From an uncultured Candidatus Woesearchaeota archaeon (lineage in GTDB: Archaea > Nanobdellota > Nanobdellia > Woesearchaeales > UBA10107): DNA of 64,000 nucleotides. A model generated the notes under the pieces. It did not search any database. It was given only the letters and a program-made list of their open reading frames with translations, and had not been told where the DNA came from. The translations under genes were made by a program, and so were the position numbers. The stretch is from NCBI GenBank assembly GCA_963835585.1, contig CAWIGF010000001.1:34184-98183 (forward strand), given 5' to 3'. Below are positions 9,921 through 19,273 of this stretch, piece after piece. Within the stretch, counting starts at the first letter, position 1. Every line of letters starts with the position of its first letter.

Positions 9921-10010
9921 GTCAACACCGTACTACACTTTTGTAGTACATTATACTATATAAAACTTGTGTTTTTCTTAAGTTGCCAAGTTAATGTCAG
10001 TTTTTTGCAA

Positions 10011-10184
10011 AAAACCATAAGATATAAAAACTCCAGCACAGTCCATATCATTGAAATAAACCATTTATAGCCTTTGGTGGTTTATACTTATGGGCTGGTT
10101 CCTGCATCCCGCATCATACCATAAGTTTAATGCGGTGGAAAGTAGCACTGGTTTGGATTTATAGCCCGGTTCCCAGTCGTCGCA
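10011..10184 (+). repeat. Repeat copy 2, ending in the 13 nt tRNA-Leu 3' core CCTGCATCCCGCA (10101-10113), plus a downstream degenerate tRNA-3'-like unit
   Basis: Same ~100 bp unit as copies 1 and 3. The following ...agcactggtttgga...cccggttcccagtcgtcgca parallels the flank at 6972-7042. Confidence 0.8.
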
Positions 10185-10229
10185 TAATTTTTGAACAGTT
10201 GCTTTTTTAGAAATTTCGTTTGTTAAGGA

Positions 10230-10793
10230 TCAAGAAAAAGTAGTTTCTTTTTCTACGACAGAATCAATTGAAGTAACAGGAACTATTTGCGAAGAATTTC
10301 TTTTCTTCTGGTACCATTTATATCCAGATTTAAATCCAGGAATTGCATATTTTCTTGAGATATAAATCACATAATAGCTTACTGCAGCCCAGCCACTGAT
10401 ATCAAAACATATATCTGCGGCATCATGCAAAAAAGTAATTCTTATGGCATCTGGCAAGTGCCGCACATAGTCGAGATTTCCAACAAGTAATTTTACAGCG
10501 GGTTCTACTATATTATCAATAGCATACTCTTCTGCTTTCTCGAAAGCTTTTGTATAACGTGCGCTAAATGCGGCAGGAAGCATACCGACTTTAAGCAAAA
10601 TCGCCGGCAGTCCATGAACTGGACAACCAAGCGCATGGAGCGCATCAACTCGTATGGTTGGTAGACCAAGACGCCTAGCTACACTTCCCACAAGACCGAT
10701 CTTCTTTTTTTGAGCATCATGATTAGTTTCACATGCCGATATGTGTATATGTTTTTCTGCCATCATAAATCGGAAAGAAGACACACGCGACAT
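10230..10793 (-). CDS. Hypothetical protein with locally elevated GC, divergent from nikR
   Basis: 187 aa. Codon usage is visibly more GC-rich than surroundings, which suggests horizontal acquisition. No confident family assignment. Confidence 0.4.
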   Translation of the reverse strand: MSRVSSFRFMMAEKHIHISACETNHDAQKKKIGLVGSVARRLGLPTIRVDALHALGCPVHGLPAILLKVGMLPAAFSARYTKAFEKAEEYAIDNIVEPAVKLLVGNLDYVRHLPDAIRITFLHDAADICFDISGWAAVSYYVIYISRKYAIPGFKSGYKWYQKKRNSSQIVPVTSIDSVVEKETTFS

Positions 10794-10919
10794 ACAACGA
10801 AGGAGTCAATCGCCAACATATGTGTCAACTTAAACATTGAAACAAGTTAATAATATTTAATGCTTTTCTTAATAACAAATATGGATATGTTTATAAAAGA
10901 GTTAATAATACAATAAAGC

Positions 10920-11303
10920 ATGACAATCATCAGCATGTCATTAAATGATAAGCTTCTTGCCGAATTGGACAAAATAGAAAACGAAGCAGGATTCTCCGGC
11001 AGAAGCGAGGTAATTCGAGCAGGATTGCGTCTATTGATGCAGGAACGCAAAGAAAAATCCAAGATGAAAGGACGTATAGATGCTGTTTTGCTCGTCATAC
11101 ATCATGACAAATATTCGGAAGAAGTTTCTGCGATACGGCATAAGTACCAATCGCTAATCAAGACACAAGTCCACAACCATGTCGAAAATCATAGGTGTCT
11201 TGAAGTGTTCATTCTCCATGGAGATGCGAATGCAGTACTCAAACTCGAGGAAGAATTCCAAACAAATAGAAAGATGGAACTAGTTAGATTGATAACAGCA
11301 TGA
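10920..11303 (+). CDS. nikR: NikR-family nickel-responsive transcriptional regulator
   Basis: N-terminal RHH (SMSLNDKLLAELDKI..GRSEVIRAGLRLL). C-terminal metal-binding domain with His cluster (VIHHD, VHNHVENHRC). Collinear with E. coli NikR architecture. Confidence 0.75.
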   Translation: MTIISMSLNDKLLAELDKIENEAGFSGRSEVIRAGLRLLMQERKEKSKMKGRIDAVLLVIHHDKYSEEVSAIRHKYQSLIKTQVHNHVENHRCLEVFILHGDANAVLKLEEEFQTNRKMELVRLITA

Positions 11304-11406
11304 AAAACCACAAGATATAAAAAATCCAAGACAGTCTATAACACTAAAATAAACCATTTATAGCCTTTGGTGGCTTATACTTATGGGCTGGTTCCTGCAT
11401 CCCGCA
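11304..11406 (+). repeat. Repeat copy 3, ending in the tRNA-Leu 3' core CCTGCATCCCGCA (11394-11406)
   Basis: About 88% identical to copy 2 over roughly 100 bp. Confidence 0.8.
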
Positions 11407-11620
11407 CTCCTTTTAGATCTTAGTATTACTTTACGAATAAATTGCACAAAATGTAGCGAAACAAAATTTTTCTGAATCCATCAACAATGGTTTTGTTTTC
11501 TTGGAAAAATACCATAAAATCTTGATGCATACGTATTATCCTTACAATATACTCAATAGGGTGTATATTGATAATGCTTATCAACAATAGGGCACTACGT
11601 GCTTTATTGGGGGGAAAACA

Positions 11621-12115
11621 ATGTCACTAAAAGAATACATGCAAAAAAAGAAATCAACATTAACTGCAATCGTTCTCGGGGCGATGATTGCCGGGTGCTC
11701 GCAACAAAACACACCAACCACGCCAGCTCCAGACGGAAACCAATTGGTCGGCGGTGCCGGAACTCCTGCAATCAATGTGAGCTATGTGCCCCCGATCGGA
11801 AATGGCAACAATATTACTGGAAAGGTCAATCATGTAATCCCTAACAAGACAATAATAACCGGGTACATATACGTGCCAGGTGAAAACTGGTGGATAAAAC
11901 CTTACGCCTCACCACCATACTGGACAATAAACCATGACGGTTCATTCAGTTTCCCTTATGATACAGGAGGAATTGATCAAGAAGCGACGACAATCGAACT
12001 TTATCTGCTTCCGTTAGCTAACGAATCACAAATACCTATCGTTGAGTATGCAATCAGCCCACCTGATATGAGCGGCGTTGGAACTGAAGCGCAGACAATA
12101 ATAAGCAGACAATAG
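11621..12115 (+). CDS. Putative lipoprotein
   Basis: Signal peptide with lipobox-like AGCS. Gly/Pro/Asn-rich. Elevated GC. Confidence 0.45.
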   Translation: MSLKEYMQKKKSTLTAIVLGAMIAGCSQQNTPTTPAPDGNQLVGGAGTPAINVSYVPPIGNGNNITGKVNHVIPNKTIITGYIYVPGENWWIKPYASPPYWTINHDGSFSFPYDTGGIDQEATTIELYLLPLANESQIPIVEYAISPPDMSGVGTEAQTIISRQ

Positions 12116-12125
12116 TAGGCAAAAT

Positions 12126-13124
12126 ATGTCAATGCTGAACGGGCTTGAAAGAAAAGTGATAAGAGGGTTGGCAGCCATCGTTCTTGGTTCCGGTCTTGTC
12201 ACTGCAACGATAAATTGCAGCGGCAAACCAACAAGTTTTCCAAATTCAAGCAAGCCAACTGCGACTCAAACAAACACTATCACAAGTACGCACACCGTAA
12301 CGAACACACCCACTGTAACTCCCACACCAATAACAGTTCCTCCTCCCGGATATAGTTTAGTCTGGAGCGATGAATTCGACGGAGCAATAGGAAGCGCACC
12401 GAACGCAAGCAACTGGACATACGACATAGGCAACGGGACCAACGGTTGGGGAAACTTTGAGTACGAGAACTACACAAACAGCACAGACAACGCCCAGATA
12501 ATCTCGGATCCTAATGCAACTGATGGAAAAGCACTTGCGATAATCGCGAAAGATACTATGCCCGGAAGTTCCAATTACATCCAAGTGGGAAGGTACACGT
12601 CCGCACGGCTAAAGACGGCAGGGTTGCAACAGTTCCAGTATGGACTTCTCGAAGCAAGGATACAACTGCCATACGGCGATGGGATATGGCCAGCTTTTTG
12701 GACGCTAGGGAATGATTACACTACCGGAACGGTATGGCCTAACTGCGGTGAAATAGATATCATGGAAAATTTTGGAAATGCATCTCAGCAATCGATAAAT
12801 CACGGCTCGATGCACGGACCAGGATATTCAGGAGGCAATGCGCTAACAAGCACATATGCTCTTCCTAATGATCAGGTGTTCCATGATGGTTATCATCTCT
12901 TTGCCGTCCAATGGCAGCAAAATGAAGTCCAGTTTTACGTGGACAACATATTGTATGAAACTCGCACTCCTGCCGATATTGGCTCTAACGCATGGGAATT
13001 CAACGAACCATTTTTCTTGTTGCTTAACACCGCGGTTGGCGGAAGCTGCCCGGGAAGTCCAGACCCTTCAACATCATTTCCGCAGACGATGAAAGTTGAT
13101 TATGTAAGATTTTATCAGAATTGA
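12126..13124 (+). CDS. Glycoside hydrolase family 16 (beta-1,3-glucanase/laminarinase-like) with signal peptide and Thr/Pro linker
   Basis: GH16 catalytic motif GEIDIME. WSDEFDG near the domain start. Thr/Pro-rich linker TPTVTPTPITVPPP. Elevated GC. Confidence 0.8.
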   Translation: MSMLNGLERKVIRGLAAIVLGSGLVTATINCSGKPTSFPNSSKPTATQTNTITSTHTVTNTPTVTPTPITVPPPGYSLVWSDEFDGAIGSAPNASNWTYDIGNGTNGWGNFEYENYTNSTDNAQIISDPNATDGKALAIIAKDTMPGSSNYIQVGRYTSARLKTAGLQQFQYGLLEARIQLPYGDGIWPAFWTLGNDYTTGTVWPNCGEIDIMENFGNASQQSINHGSMHGPGYSGGNALTSTYALPNDQVFHDGYHLFAVQWQQNEVQFYVDNILYETRTPADIGSNAWEFNEPFFLLLNTAVGGSCPGSPDPSTSFPQTMKVDYVRFYQN

Positions 13125-13147
13125 TTTGCCAATATTATTTTATTACA

Positions 13148-14392
13148 TCACTTTCTAATTCTTGCTGCATTCGCATGAGCTTCAAGTCCCTCAAGCGTTG
13201 CTAATTGCTGCACGATGCCATATAATTCACCAGTGATTGCTTCTTGATTCGTCGCTATCTTCACAAAATTGAAGACGGACAATCCACCAGTGTATCGAGC
13301 GCATCTGTTTGTTGGCAGTACGTGATTTGTTCCGCTCGCGTAATCTCCAAGCGCCGTCGGAGTTTCTCCCAAGAACATAGAGCCATATTCAGTGAATCTC
13401 GGTTTGAGCTCATCGACATCTTCCAGCATGAGTTCCAGATGCTCGGGAGCATATCTGTTCGCTACATATGCTGCTTCACTTATGTTATTTACAAGTATTA
13501 TGTTGCCGTTATCCAAAGATTTTCTTGCTATTTCAGCTGTCTTCGGTCCCTGTAGTTGCTTTTCTAATTCGTCTTGCACTTTTTGTATCAATTTTTCTGA
13601 TGTTGTTATCAAAATGGGTTTTGCGTCTGATGCATGTTCCGCCTGCGCAAGAAGATCTGCCGCTATGTATTTGAAATTCGCTTTCTCATCCGCTATTATT
13701 ATGATTTCGCTTGGTCCTGCGATGAAATCAATACCTACTCTTCCGTACACTTCCTTCTTTGCAAGATTTACGTATTTGTTTCCCGGACCGACGATGAGAC
13801 TAACCGGTTCGATGGATTCGGTTCCGTATGCCATCGCCGCTATGGCCTGTGCACCTCCGACTCTGTATATCGTGTCGATTCCTGCTATTTTTGCTGCGGC
13901 CAATGTCAGAGGATGCACATCTCCATCATGGCTTGGCGGAGAGCATACTACAAGTTTTTTTACGCCAGCGACTTTTGCAGGAATTCCTATCATGAGCGCA
14001 GTGGAAAGCAGGGGATAATTGCCCCCAGGGATATAGCCTCCAACAAAATTAATTGGAGTGATGCTCTGTCCCAGACGAACTCCCTTGTTCTCAATCTCGA
14101 AGCTCTTCAATTGCCGCATCTGTTTTTCAGAAAAAGCCTTTATGTTCGCGGCTGCCGTGTGTATGGCCGTAGATACCCCGGGATCAAGCGTGTTTAAGGC
14201 ATGCGCGATTTCTTTCTCGGAAACCTTGATGTCAGGAAGATCAACATTGTCAAATTGTTTGGTATAATTCCTTACAGCACTGTCTCCATCTTGTCTCACA
14301 TCAGCTATTATTCTCTTGACTAACTCAGATTCTTCAAGTTCCTGGGAATCAAAAAAAGATTCTCTCAGTTCACTACACTTTACAACTTTCAT
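13148..14392 (-). CDS. hisD: Histidinol dehydrogenase
   Basis: Motifs GPGNKYV, DFIAGPSEIIIIAD, EHLEL. Start assigned at MKVVKC. The ORF track extends 9 codons upstream to 14419. Confidence 0.85.
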   Translation of the reverse strand: MKVVKCSELRESFFDSQELEESELVKRIIADVRQDGDSAVRNYTKQFDNVDLPDIKVSEKEIAHALNTLDPGVSTAIHTAAANIKAFSEKQMRQLKSFEIENKGVRLGQSITPINFVGGYIPGGNYPLLSTALMIGIPAKVAGVKKLVVCSPPSHDGDVHPLTLAAAKIAGIDTIYRVGGAQAIAAMAYGTESIEPVSLIVGPGNKYVNLAKKEVYGRVGIDFIAGPSEIIIIADEKANFKYIAADLLAQAEHASDAKPILITTSEKLIQKVQDELEKQLQGPKTAEIARKSLDNGNIILVNNISEAAYVANRYAPEHLELMLEDVDELKPRFTEYGSMFLGETPTALGDYASGTNHVLPTNRCARYTGGLSVFNFVKIATNQEAITGELYGIVQQLATLEGLEAHANAARIRK

Positions 14393-14641
14393 TTTCCAAG
14401 AACCTCTTTTTTGATGCAATCCAGTACACTAGGTATTTTATAAAGGTATGTCCGATGGAAACACAGTCATCCTATAAGAAATATATAACAAATACTAAAT
14501 ACTTCCAAATCAATACTATCTGTGGGGTGTGTAACATGAAAGAGCTATCGCGTTTCAAGCTTGAAGACTTGAAGAGTGAAGTAGAGCTGATGAAAAAGCA
14601 GATGTACCAGGAAAAGTACGGCAAAACACGAGATAAGAAAA

Positions 14642-14824
14642 TTATTTAGGGACAATCTTTAATTTCTTGCTAAGGCCGTCGCTGAGCCTGACTACGTCGT
14701 ATTTCTTTATTCCCTGGGAATCCGCCCACTTTTTGGCATTTTCCTCAGTCTTGAAAGTCCTCGGTCTCTTGGCCCTGTGCCTTCCCCGATGGACCAGTTG
14801 TGGTTTCTTGTGTCCTATACCCAT
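14642..14824 (-). CDS. Small basic protein (60 aa, from MGIGHKK)
   Basis: TATA-like ttataaa about 25 nt upstream. Highly basic N-terminus (HKKPQLVHRGRHRAKRPR). Function unknown. Confidence 0.3.
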   Translation of the reverse strand: MGIGHKKPQLVHRGRHRAKRPRTFKTEENAKKWADSQGIKKYDVVRLSDGLSKKLKIVPK

Positions 14825-14905
14825 ATCTGTTCTAGAAAATAGGCCATTTATAAAGGTTGTCATTGACAAAAATTTATAAGAAAGCATGTAAAAGCAGTCC
14901 TGAAA

Positions 14906-15241
14906 TTGGAAGATTACACAAAAACGCAAACAAAGGAAGTAAGATACAGAAATATTCCGCTTCCCGTTGGAAAAGTTCCCCGCAATCTTGGATTTGCAAA
15001 AGCATACATCGACAATGTAGTTCCAAAGCTTTATTCAGTTTTCAGAACAAGAAATTTGAATAAAATACGGCTGGTTGCAAGAAAAATCGCATACTCCGAT
15101 GTCGACCTGGTTGCGCGAGCTAGCGAAGAACCTGATGCTTCATACCTTGAAGGAATATTAAGAATGAAGCCGCCCACGGCAAAACGCCTTGGAAAGATTC
15201 TTGTAAAGAATTACCATGTCCACTTCAAAGAAGCCAAATAA
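14906..15241 (+). CDS. Hypothetical protein
   Basis: 111 aa ORF with no recognisable motif. Confidence 0.3.
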   Translation: MEDYTKTQTKEVRYRNIPLPVGKVPRNLGFAKAYIDNVVPKLYSVFRTRNLNKIRLVARKIAYSDVDLVARASEEPDASYLEGILRMKPPTAKRLGKILVKNYHVHFKEAK

Positions 15242-15242
15242 A

Positions 15243-15971
15243 TTACTTCAGTTTGTTTATCCTTCCAAAATAATATACATCCTTGTTTTCTACAATGAAT
15301 ATCTCGAAGTTCTGCATTTTCAGCAAAGGACTTAGGAAATTTCCCTGCAATACATCAGTTCCCTCAGTCAACAGATTCATCGATGGAATGACTATCAAAG
15401 TGCGTCCCTTGTACTTTCCTTTCAGGAAACATTTGAATTTCTCCGCCTTCCTTTCTTCGCGCAATGTTATCGCGGGATGCTCATGCCCCATTATTATCGT
15501 CTTTATCTTTTTAGGCATCTCGGGAACATGATCGCCGTGCACGAACAATATGTCTCCTGAAGAATATTCTTTCACAATCTCTAAATTTCTTTTCTTCGCA
15601 ACAGGACCGAGCATAGGATCGTGATTGCCCTTCAACATGATTATTTTTTCGCAGTGCTGCGAGAGATAATCAAAGAATCTTAGCAAATCCCTCCACTCCT
15701 GTTCTGATATCCTTCCGAATTCGTGCTTTAGATCTCCAGTAATCAGTATTGTCTCAGGCTTCACCTTGGAGAATATGAAATCGAAGTGCTCCAGGAGATC
15801 CTTCAGATGAAATTTTGGGACTAATGTGCCCCTCTTCTGATGTTCTTCCTCTATTCCAAGATGTATATCAGAAATCACAAGCAGCTTCTGCCGTCTTAGA
15901 TAGAGCGAAAGGTCGACTATTTCTATGCCTTTTATTATTTCCATTGCAATATTCATGTCACTTTTATGCAT
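15243..15971 (-). CDS. Calcineurin-like metallophosphoesterase (ICC-like, COG1407-type)
   Basis: Motifs ISDIHLG, TGDL, GNHD, GHEH in canonical order. Confidence 0.7.
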   Translation of the reverse strand: MHKSDMNIAMEIIKGIEIVDLSLYLRRQKLLVISDIHLGIEEEHQKRGTLVPKFHLKDLLEHFDFIFSKVKPETILITGDLKHEFGRISEQEWRDLLRFFDYLSQHCEKIIMLKGNHDPMLGPVAKKRNLEIVKEYSSGDILFVHGDHVPEMPKKIKTIIMGHEHPAITLREERKAEKFKCFLKGKYKGRTLIVIPSMNLLTEGTDVLQGNFLSPLLKMQNFEIFIVENKDVYYFGRINKLK

Positions 15972-16033
15972 TTAAAGGCTATGCTTTTATTCAAAGGTAA
16001 GCTTTATAAAATGACCAATTATTCGCTGTCCAA

Positions 16034-17530
16034 ATGACAGGAATCACATACTATAGCACAAACGACAAATCGAAAAGGGTCAATTTCAAGACAGCCTTAC
16101 TTACAGGACAGCCGGATGATTATGGCCTTTACATGATTCCAAGATCAGAAATTCCAAAAATCCCTATTGAAAAAATACAAGAAATGCCCAATAAAACGTA
16201 TGCCCAGATTGCATTTGATGTTTTAAATCCTTATCTTCAATCAGAAATTTCTCGAAAAGATCTGCGTGAGTTGCTCAGGGATGCATACAGTAGAACCATC
16301 ATTCCGACGTACATCCGAAAGATTGATTACAAGACGAATGTCATGTGGCTTTCGCAAGGTCCGACATACTCATTCAAGGATTACGCAGCACGGTTCTTCG
16401 GAAGAGCGCTAAATTATTTCTTAGAAAAGGAAGACAAAAAAAAGACTGTTTTAGTGGCGACAAGCGGAGATACAGGAGGAGCAGTTGCCGATGCGCTTTG
16501 TGGCTTGCCCAGTGTAGATAATATAATTTTCTTTCCAAAAGATTTGATAAGTCCTGGTCAAAGAAGACAGATGACTACCTTACGCAAAAATATATATGCA
16601 TTTGAAGTCAATGGTAATTTCGACGTCTGCCAGGCTCTCGTCAAGAATCTTCTTGGGGACAGAGAATTTGCAAGAAATACATTTGGAGATTATGACAGGA
16701 TAACTTCCGCGAATTCCATAAGTCTTGGAAGGCTGCTTCCACAGGCAGTATACTCTTTCTTTGCATATTCACGGGTTTCAAAAGGAGATCCCATATTAGT
16801 TAGCATACCATCTGGAAATTTTGGCGACATGATGGGAACGGTCATAGCAAAAGAAATGGGGTTGCCAGTAGAAAAGATTGTCTGTGGTGTAAATGAGAAC
16901 ACGGAATTTCCTGAATTCCTCAAGACATGAAAATATGAAGTTAGACCTTCAAAAAAATCTCCTTCATCAGCAATGATTGTCGCTCATCCTAGCAATTTAG
17001 CGAGACTGATTGATTTCTACGGCGGACACATGTTTGACAAAATACATCCAGTTACAAAAAAACCTGTGCGAAAGGGTATTATTGACAAGATGCCCAATAT
17101 GAAATCAATGAGAGAAGATATTTTCTCTGTCGGAGTTGACAATAATCAGCACTACAAGACAATGAAAGAAGCGTACTATCAACACAACATCGTCCTTGAC
17201 CCCCACGGAGCAGTCGCATGGCGGGCACTTGAAATATTCAATTCAACAGGGCCCCAAAAGATAAAGAACTTTTACAGATTTCTCAAAGGAGAATATGAAC
17301 GGCATTCAGTGATATATGAAACGGCTCATCCTGGAAAATTTCCAGAGGATATCAAAACAGCTATTGACTTATCTGTTATTATTCCTGAGAGGATGAGGGA
17401 GCAAGCGAAATTAGAAGAAAGATTGTACTCGATCAAAAGCAATCCCCAGGAAACAGAAAACGGATTAGAGCCAAGCGATGAACAAATAAATGAAGTAAAG
17501 AACAAGATAAGAGAGCTAAAATTAAAATAA
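16034..17530 (+). pseudogene. thrC: Threonine synthase interrupted by one in-frame TGA at 16928-16930
   Basis: ORFs 16034..16930 and 16973..17530 are in the same frame and jointly collinear with long-form ThrC. The N-terminus resembles E. coli ThrC and SIPSGNFGD is conserved. Only one TGA separates them. Confidence 0.7.
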
Positions 17531-18220
17531 TTTCTTCAAGATATCTATTGTGAATAAGAACGTCGCATGTGCCTGCTCTTTCGAAGGCTGGAAAGGAGAT
17601 TGCTTTTTATGAACAGAAAATATTCTCACATTATTGATGAGATGAATCTGCTGCGTCAGAGAAGGATCTATCTCTATGCCTGATTCCCTTAATTTGGATA
17701 TTATGTTTCCCAACCCTATTCCTGGACTGGTTTCAAGCAGGTCTTTTCCAGTCGCGTCGAAATATTTCCTGTGCAAGGCAGTCTCAAGAACTCTTGCGCA
17801 AAGAATCATCGAAGATCTGAACGCGCCGGCATTGAAACATTTTTCAACTTCCGCAAGATCGAAGAACACATCATCGCGTATTTCAGAGGGAAGGTTCAGC
17901 GATAATGACGCTGATTTTGCGTCCGTCTGCTCTTGTTTCGGGATGGACAAGGCTCCGACAATCCCCAGCATGCCTTTCGAATCCCCTTTGACAAACATGC
18001 TTTCGAGTTCCACCACTTTTTTCTTTATCTCATCATCAGAATCTATTGTAGCTTCCTTTATTTTATTAAGATTGTTCTTGATGATTGTCCTGTAATAATC
18101 GCCCCTCTGATCTTTGTAGTCAAGGACCTTCTTTTTTGCAATGGATGATACTAAAGAAATGTTGTGATTCAATACTGCAATAAGCGCCATTTTCAGGTCT
18201 TCTATCGGATCAAAGCTCAC
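17522..18220 (-). CDS. Hypothetical protein
   Basis: 232 aa, helical. No confident family. Confidence 0.35.
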   Translation of the reverse strand: MSFDPIEDLKMALIAVLNHNISLVSSIAKKKVLDYKDQRGDYYRTIIKNNLNKIKEATIDSDDEIKKKVVELESMFVKGDSKGMLGIVGALSIPKQEQTDAKSASLSLNLPSEIRDDVFFDLAEVEKCFNAGAFRSSMILCARVLETALHRKYFDATGKDLLETSPGIGLGNIISKLRESGIEIDPSLTQQIHLINNVRIFSVHKKQSPFQPSKEQAHATFLFTIDILKKLF

Positions 18221-18254
18221 GAAACATCATGAAGCAAAGCAGTATTTAAAGGTT

Positions 18255-18992
18255 ATGAAGAGGGCAGGTAACAAAATATTTAAAGAAAGTTACAAGAATA
18301 TATGCATGAAAAGAATATTACTAGTGCTATTGCTTCTTTTGATTCCTTTTGCATATGCCCAGAAGAATCAGAACGATTCCATACTGCAGGCACAGAAGGC
18401 AAATCTTGATTTCCACGCTGCAACGTTCATATCTGAAATGGACAACATAATACAGTTCGCGGCATCAAACAACATAACAACCGATGACCTGAATAAAACC
18501 GAATCAGACTTTGAAACTAATCTTCAAAAAGGACTGGGCAGCCAAACAACAGCTGATCTTGCCGCGATAAATTCAGAAATGAAGACATCCGCGAATGACT
18601 TTGTAAATGAGACAGATATTCTGCTGGGCAGTTATTCGTATGAAATAAACACAGTTGCATTGAAATTCTCCGATAATCAAAATAAAATAATAACTGAAAA
18701 AGAACAAGCTGCGGTATTGGCGGACAAAGGAGTGCTAAAAGATGCATTTGACCAGAAAATACAAGACCTGACTGCAGAAATTAATAGTAACACAGAGAAA
18801 GGCAAGAGCAGCGTCATTGCTAATTATCTTCTTGGAAAGTTCAAGGAGCAGGAACAGAGCATAGATTCTATGAACGTAACAATATCAGGACAGCCGACAG
18901 CAAACTTCATTACGAGCTTATTTTCTGTAATAAGTCAGAAGTTCACGGAAATAAAAGCATATTTTGAGACAAACAAAGTAGGTGCAAAATAA
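18255..18992 (+). CDS. Secreted hypothetical protein
   Basis: Signal peptide ILLVLLLLLIPFAYA. Asn/Thr-rich. Confidence 0.45.
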   Translation: MKRAGNKIFKESYKNICMKRILLVLLLLLIPFAYAQKNQNDSILQAQKANLDFHAATFISEMDNIIQFAASNNITTDDLNKTESDFETNLQKGLGSQTTADLAAINSEMKTSANDFVNETDILLGSYSYEINTVALKFSDNQNKIITEKEQAAVLADKGVLKDAFDQKIQDLTAEINSNTEKGKSSVIANYLLGKFKEQEQSIDSMNVTISGQPTANFITSLFSVISQKFTEIKAYFETNKVGAK

Positions 18993-19273
18993 TGAGACGT
19001 AAAATTATTCTCATTGTTGTGTTGGCAATCCTTGTTAGTGCGTGTACAACTGTCGATCTGAGCAAAGTGAAAAGCATTGAAACAATTGCTGCAAATGACA
19101 CTGGAAAAGTCATATCACAAGTGCAGAATAGTTCTATTGTAAATACAACCCAAACAATAGTATCCAATGTTGAAACTGACGTAAATCAGGGATCAAACTA
19201 CGATACGCCAAGCATAGTGACCAGCAGGATACTGAATGAAGTTGACACAGGAAGCTTCGGTGACATAAAATAA
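18992..19273 (+). CDS. Small putative lipoprotein
   Basis: Signal peptide with lipobox VSAC. Stop/start overlap with the upstream gene. Confidence 0.4.
   Translation: MRRKIILIVVLAILVSACTTVDLSKVKSIETIAANDTGKVISQVQNSSIVNTTQTIVSNVETDVNQGSNYDTPSIVTSRILNEVDTGSFGDIK

Noticed and set aside
13392-14197. Several 60-208 aa ORFs antisense to or overlapping hisD (similarly 1404..1673 in dedA, 20338..22539 in lhr, 50158..51169 in ths)
   Set aside because: They lie entirely inside strongly supported protein-coding genes on the opposite strand or in another frame. Their products are low-complexity.
14455-14649. 64 aa ORF between hisD and the small basic gene
   Set aside because: No RBS or motif support. 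It may contain a 36 aa coiled peptide from MKELSR, but evidence is insufficient.
16928-16930. TGA in thrC as selenocysteine or genome-wide TGA recoding
   Set aside because: TGA terminates other well-conserved genes here (hisD, GH16). No SECIS-like context noticed. A pseudogene or read-through is more parsimonious.
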